Assembly (NCBI RefSeq): GCF_009914755.1
Contig: NC_060930.1
Strand: one strand, 5' to 3'
Length of the DNA stretch: 64,000 bases
DNA from: the human T2T-CHM13v2.0 reference genome, Homo sapiens
The position numbers were made by a program, and so were the translations under genes. Each line of letters opens with the position of its first letter. Position 1 is the first letter of the stretch. The notes beneath the pieces were generated by a model. The model was not told where the DNA came from, ran no database searches, and saw only the letters and a program-made list of their open reading frames with translations. This document shows, one piece after another, positions 57,483 through 64,000 of the stretch.

Positions 57483-58972
57483 AAGTACAAAAGTTGATTT
57501 GTTTGTTCATTTTTACAATGTGCCAGTCTTTTCTTATATTACATCTCTGCTGATGCAAAAGAAAAGGACATCTTTTCTCTCTGGTCACACCAGATGCAAA
57601 CAATAGCCATTTTCCAACCATAGGGACCACACACAAATCAGCCCAGTGGTTTATTTCCAACATTGCTGGGTTAGGTGTGTCTCCTAAGTCCATAGGTCAT
57701 TGAAAAATACAGCCCTCCATATGGGAATTCAAAGATATGGTTGAACTGCCTCATGGAAAACTGGGCTTCGTGCCAAAGCTTGTAAAGACACAGGCTGCCT
57801 CGTCTCTTGCTGCTCCCTCAGATACTGCCTAGCACTAGGGAGAATGAATTCTTTTACCTGAACTCTAATGCACTGGACATATTTGCTCCTCCAACAGTAT
57901 TGGTGTGACTGAAGAAAGGACAACAGGGCAGCCAGTGGTCCTGTTAAGAACTGTATCAAATCCACCAACAGTCACAGCCTCACTAATGTAATTTACCTCA
58001 GAGATTATTTGGACTAATCTAATCTCATGCCCTACAGCCCTGATTCATCTGCCTGGAAGTCTTTTCCCCCCTCTTACTTTTCTCACTTTCTTCAGGTCTC
58101 TGATTAAAAGTGACCTTCCAGAGAGACCTTCCCTATTCATTCTATATAAAATAGCAGAACCACATCCTTCTGTCCTCTTAACCGGCTTTATTTTTCTTTG
58201 CAGCCTCATTGTCTGTGTCCTTTTATTAGAATATAAAGAACAGGGGATTTCATGTTTGCTACTGATGTATCTCCATCACCTAAAACAGTGCCAGAAATGT
58301 TATTGATGCTCAAAATATAACTGTTGAGTGAAGAAATAAATGAGATTCTTGTGCAAATTGTGGACTCATATGCATCGTCTTGATTTGGAAATCTGGCTGT
58401 TTTTTTATTCCATATGTAGACAGAATAAGGAAAAAGAGAAAAGCCAGGATATGTGCTCAAGCTACTTTATATCTGAATGTTCCCATCATGGGCCATGTGA
58501 ACATTTTTTAAAAATCAATCTTTTTTTATTTCCAAGGGGATAAAATAAGTTCGTGTGCACTCCCAGCCAAAGATGGCATATTGAACACATGTACCTGTTT
58601 TTACTTGCTCTTTAAAGCATTCTAAAGTGACAATAGAAGTTTTTGAGGGTATAAATTCACAAAAGGAAGCAGAATAGATACAGAGATTATAGTTATAACA
58701 TTTCATAATCTAGCAATCAAATACATAAGAAGAAATGACTCAGCAAAACTGAGAAAAACTAATTTTAAAGTAGCAGAGGAAGAAGCCAATAGCTAAAGTG
58801 GTTTAAGTCACAGAATTGCCCAAATGCTCAGAAACTGGCTGTCCCAGATACTTGTAGAAATACGGATAATCCCAGCTATATCTTGAAAAAAAAAAACTGA
58901 GGATATAGTCTTTCAAGAAATAACCAGAGAACTTTAGACTTGAGAACTAGAGTTGGGGCAGGAAAAGTGCAC

Positions 58973-59267
58973 TCAAAACAAAGATATTATACAAGTATAT
59001 ACGTAATCACAGCTAAGGCCACCCCTCTATCTTCCTCTCTCCTTGGTAGCCAGCCACAGTTCCCCAGGTCTTTACTCTCTGTGCAGCAAACAGATAGAGT
59101 CTTCTCTGAGAACTTGACTGGTCCAAAAAGAAAAATTAAGCATCCCAAACAGATCACCCTACAATAACATTCACAGTCCATATGCTATATTGTTCTACTG
59201 CTGACTTGGGTAGGTTGGGAGTCACATTTTTCTTTCTCTTTGTGGTTCTGAGTGAGAACTAGTCATG
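58973..59267 (+). repeat. 295-bp direct repeat, copy 1
   Basis: Matches 60869-61163 with 6 substitutions. Confidence 0.95.
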
Positions 59268-60690
59268 AGAAAAAAAAACTTACATGAAATTTAGGGGTGG
59301 AGATTAAGCAATGATCATTACTCTCTTAAGAATCCACAGTTAAATGTAATGCTGGAAAAGTGCAGAGTTGCCTCGCAGATTCCAGCTTATCTTCCCATAT
59401 CCTCAACTCCATGTCATGTTCTTCTTCCCATCTATAGGCCCTGGTAACAAACAGCATTCCCAGGCTCATCACCAGATACCTGGTGGCAAACCTACAGTGA
59501 TAGTACAGAGGTAAGAGTTTCCCACAGTCTCCCCCTTGACCTCTTGTTTGTAGTCCCGCTCCGGTGACTGGACATGCTAGGCTTCTTAGATTTCCCTAGA
59601 GACCCTGATTTTTCCACCCACTTCAGTGCCTGAAGAGGACTTGCTAATGACGTTTTATCTGATCTGCTAGTCCTTTGCTTCCCTAGCTCACCCCACAAAT
59701 ATTTAGGTCTAATTCCTATGACAAATCCCTTAATATTTATAGAGGTTCTGCTTCCCTATTGGACACTGACTAATAGTATCGACAAGCCATATTCAGGTGC
59801 TTAGTTTTCAGTCACCTTTTAAAATGCCCCCATGCTTTTTAATTGCCTTGACAAAGCTACTATCATGAATCTCCTTTGAGAGAAAAGAGACAATATTACA
59901 GACACACACAAAAAGACTGGATTTTATTATAAATAAATATTCAGCCAACAGAGAAAGCTCTTAGGAATTGAAAATCTAATAGCAAAAATGAAATAGTCAT
60001 CAGAAGAACTGGAATATAATATTGAATCTATCTCCAGAAAATAGAAAAACAAATAAATAAAGAGATGAAGAAGACAAAAAATATTTTGGAAAATAGAAGA
60101 CTAGTCCAGAGAACCTAATATTTGAAAACACAGAGTTTGACAAAGAGAAGAAAGAGGAAAGAGAAAGGAAGACATCAACAATGAAATAACTCAATCCAAG
60201 TTGTCAGAACTGAAGAGTTTCTAGATTAAAATGACTCATATACTGCCAAAAAAATTGATGAAAATAGACCCACATCAAGATACATCATTTGAAATTCCAC
60301 AACACAGGAGAAAGACGATCCTAGCACCTTCTGGAGAATAAACACTGGTTACATGCAAAGAATTAGAAGTAAAAATGGGTTTAGGCTTCTACATTTCAAT
60401 ACCAGAGCAATGTCTTTAAATTTTGAAGGAAAAATCTTTCCCATATACAAATTCTATACCTTTCTACAAAGGAAGGTAGACTTTCACACCTGGTCAAGTA
60501 AGAATTTTACTCCCATTCATCCTTTTAGGGAGCTACTAGAAAAAAAAGTCAACCTAAGAGAGAAATTAAACCAAGAGGGAGAATTCATGGCTCAGAACAA
60601 AAAGGAGAGGTGGTAAGAATCTAGGTGATGCTAAAGGGAGAACATGTACTAGGCAAGGAGAGTACCCAGCAGATTGCAAAGTATAAAAAC

Positions 60691-61250
60691 AACACACACA
60701 CACACATATATATATACACACACACACACATCATATATATAGACACACACATACATACATATACACTCACACATATATACGTATGTGTACATACACATAC
60801 ATATATATGTACATACACATACAAATACATATATATGTACATACACATACATATACATATATATGGATTCAAAACAAAGATATTATGCAAGTATATACAT
60901 AATCACAGCTGAGGCCACCCCTCTATTTTCCTCTCTCCTTGGTAGCCAGCCACAGTTCTCCAGGTCTTTACTCTCTGTGCAGCAAACAGATAGAGTCTTC
61001 TCTGAGAACTTGACTGGTCCAAAAAGAAAAATTAAGCATCCCAAACAGATCACCCTACAATAACATTCACAGTCCATATGCTATATTGTTCTACTGCTGA
61101 CTTGGGTAGGTTGGGAGTTACATTTTTCTTTCTCTTTGTGGTTCTGAGTGAGAACTAGTCATGTATATACACATACATACATATATATGTACATACACAT
61201 ACATATATATGTGTGTGTCTATATATATGTGTGTGTGTGTCTATATATAT
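60691..61250. repeat. Complex (CA/TA)n low-complexity tract split by a 295-bp insertion
   Basis: Alternating purine-pyrimidine repeats at 60691-60864 and 61164-61250. Confidence 0.9.
60869..61163 (+). repeat. 295-bp direct repeat, copy 2
   Basis: Matches 58973-59267. Confidence 0.95.
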
Positions 61251-61790
61251 GAAGGGCATAGATACTCTTTTTTCCACAATGCACAGATAATATTTTAAAA
61301 ATAATAAAACCATTGCTTTTGTTGAAGAGATCCACAATATTGATGATGTATAGCAGAGATTGAATGATGTGTCAATGAACACATCATTGACATCAATTGT
61401 TATATCAAGCCTTGTGCCTCTCTTTTAACCAGTATCTTAGCCAAAGTATTCTGATTCCTGCAGAGATAATGCATAAAATACACACACACCCACACACCCC
61501 ACCACACAAAAATTTGTGCAAATGACAGGATTTAGGTTGATATAATAATTGATACATAGATATAGATATACATAGAATATCCTCAAAAGTTAGATATTAC
61601 AAAAAGCTGGTAATAGTTCTTGCAATCCTGAAAACAGGAAACGAGTTGACTGTGGGGGGAAGGAAATGTGAGGAAGACCAACTTTTCTCTTCTCAGTTAC
61701 CATTTTTTTGCTTCTAAATTTTGTGTTGTGTGCATATTACCTATATATAATTAATAAAACATTCTCCTCCCCCCACAAACAAAGAATAAC

Positions 61791-62130
<340 letters not shown>

Positions 62131-62827
62131 AGAATTACTTTAGACTTCTCAATGGCCAGTGGAAGATAGAAGGCCATGGAATAATGACTTTAAAATTCTA
62201 AAGAAAAATTGTTACAATCTAGAATTCCATATATAGTTATACAATTAGGGATTAGATAGAATAAAGATAATTAGATATTTTTAGGCAAAATAGCCTCAAA
62301 ATATACTTCCTGGTACAATTTCTCAAAAAATTACTAGAAAATATGTTTTAACGATTGAACAAACAAACCTGGAAAAACAAAGATATAGTACATGGAAAAT
62401 GGAAAATGGAAAATACAACCCATGAGAAGGACAAAGGGAATCCTCAGATGAAGGGCGATCCCCGGATAAACACTGTAAGCCAAGTCTAGCAGATATTCAA
62501 CCTAGATTACAACAGCTCAGAAATCTCAGAGAGATTGCTTCCAAAAGTTGAAATTAGTAGGGCACCTGGTGGACCTGAAATCCAGAGACATCTCAGGATG
62601 TGTTATTCCTGGTCCTGCTTGCTCTCAGATCCATTTCCTGCCAATCCTCTGCTCTGCTCTGTGTTTCAGGGAGGGATGGTCCCTGCAGGTTGGCTTTCTC
62701 GGGCTTCTACGTTAGTACATTTCTCACTGAGACCACTGGTAACAGTTTGGAGAAGAGGAAAGGAAGGAAAACCAGGTTATTTTCTATGTCTCTTTCTTGG
62801 GCAACTCCCTTAGTATTATAAGTTTCC

Positions 62828-63125
62828 TTTTTTTTTTTTTTTTTCTTGAGGCAAACTGTCACTCTGCTGCCCAGGCTGGAGTGCAGTGGCTTGATCATGG
62901 CTCACTGCAGCCTCAACCTCCCAGCCTCAGGTAATCCCTCCACCCCAGCCTCCCGAGTAGCTGGGACAACAGGTGCACACTACCACACCCAGCTAACTTT
63001 TTGATTATCTGTAGAGATGGGGTTTCCCTGTGTTGCCCAGGCTGGTCTCAAACTTCTGGGCTCAAGCAATCCTCCTGCCTCATCCAAAGTGCTGGGATTA
63101 TAGGTATGAGCCACCAGACCCAGCC
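62828..63125 (-). mobile_element. Alu (AluJ)
   Basis: Diverged reverse Alu. Confidence 0.9.
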
Positions 63126-64000
63126 TAAGTTACCATTTTGATTCCATCTATCGCTGGATATTAATGCTATGGCTTCAGACACCACTTTTCTCCTTTTTCT
63201 CTCAAACCTAGAGAGAAAAGCTACTGATAGCATTCTGGTGTTACCAAAGTGTTTAGTTACTTCACTGCCCCCTTTAACTTCTCGCCTCCTCCCTGCATTC
63301 CAGTTCCTTAAATTCAATTCCTTTGTTGTAAATTCTTTTTTTTTCCAGTTTGAGAAATTAATGTGTATCAGTGATATAAGTTTCAAATACATTTCCAATA
63401 TTTCATGTGGCTTTTTCTTAGATGTCCTTGATTTACAATATGCAGGGATGTATTTATTTCTACAGTTGCATTTATCAATCTCTTCTATGGATTCTGATTT
63501 CCCCCACTGAGTTTATTAAAACAAATCCCCCTGCTTTTCCTTCTGGGTCCCTTCTCTGGACTTAACCTCCATGCTGAATACCCCCTCTCCTTCCATCCCT
63601 GCAGGTCTACTCTCCCTTTTCCCTGGATGTGCACAGGCCTTGGTCATCTTTGTACTCTCTGTTACTCCTTCCTGGAAAACCCTTCTACCCCTTATCTTCT
63701 AGCCTCCCAGGATCATCCTTCACATCTTACTTCAGAAGTGAAGTAGCTGTGCCTCCAGGAAGCCCTCCTGGACCACAACATGTACTGCCTTATTTACATT
63801 TACTGATTTACATCGTCATCCCCAGGGCTTGTGCAGCTGAGTCACCTCCATCATGTGTCATGTGGCCTTGTGAGCACCTGTTCCTAAATCCCCACTCCTT
63901 ACCAGACTCTGAATTTCCTGGAGTGAGCCCCTGTCAGAGGCATGGTGATAGGTCAGTAAACTAGTGTCAGGTGAGTATATGGATAGAGAACAAGAACGTT

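Noticed and set aside
60621-61382. His/Thr/Tyr- and Val/Cys-rich ORFs
   Set aside because: Translations of the CA/TA microsatellite.

Overview
Primate (human-like) genomic DNA, AT-rich and dense in repeats. The one gene I recognise with confidence is TBC1D32 (BROMI/C6orf170, a ciliary Hedgehog regulator). Its CpG-island promoter and first coding exon lie on the minus strand at about 9.4-9.9 kb; bases 1-9364 are intron 1 and the rest is upstream sequence. That upstream region holds about 27 Alus/FLAMs, a 12-kb nested L1 complex, THE1/MST, MER4, MLT and hAT relics, and three retrocopies (U6 snRNA, Y3 RNA, RPS15A). Almost all ORFs in the supplied track derive from Alu, L1 or low-complexity DNA. 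Most interesting observations: (1) a chain of minus-strand exon-like segments at 22-38 kb with good splice sites, several in compatible phase and encoding hydrophobic peptides, which may be a decayed multi-exon membrane-protein gene or an unannotated spliced transcript; (2) an L1 with about 260 bp of 3'-transduced DNA inside its 16-bp target-site duplication (TSD); (3) a 295-bp templated copy inserted into a CA/TA microsatellite; (4) a 5-codon uORF and an RFX X-box-like site at TBC1D32. Repeat subfamily names come from recalled consensus motifs, and repeat boundaries are approximate.
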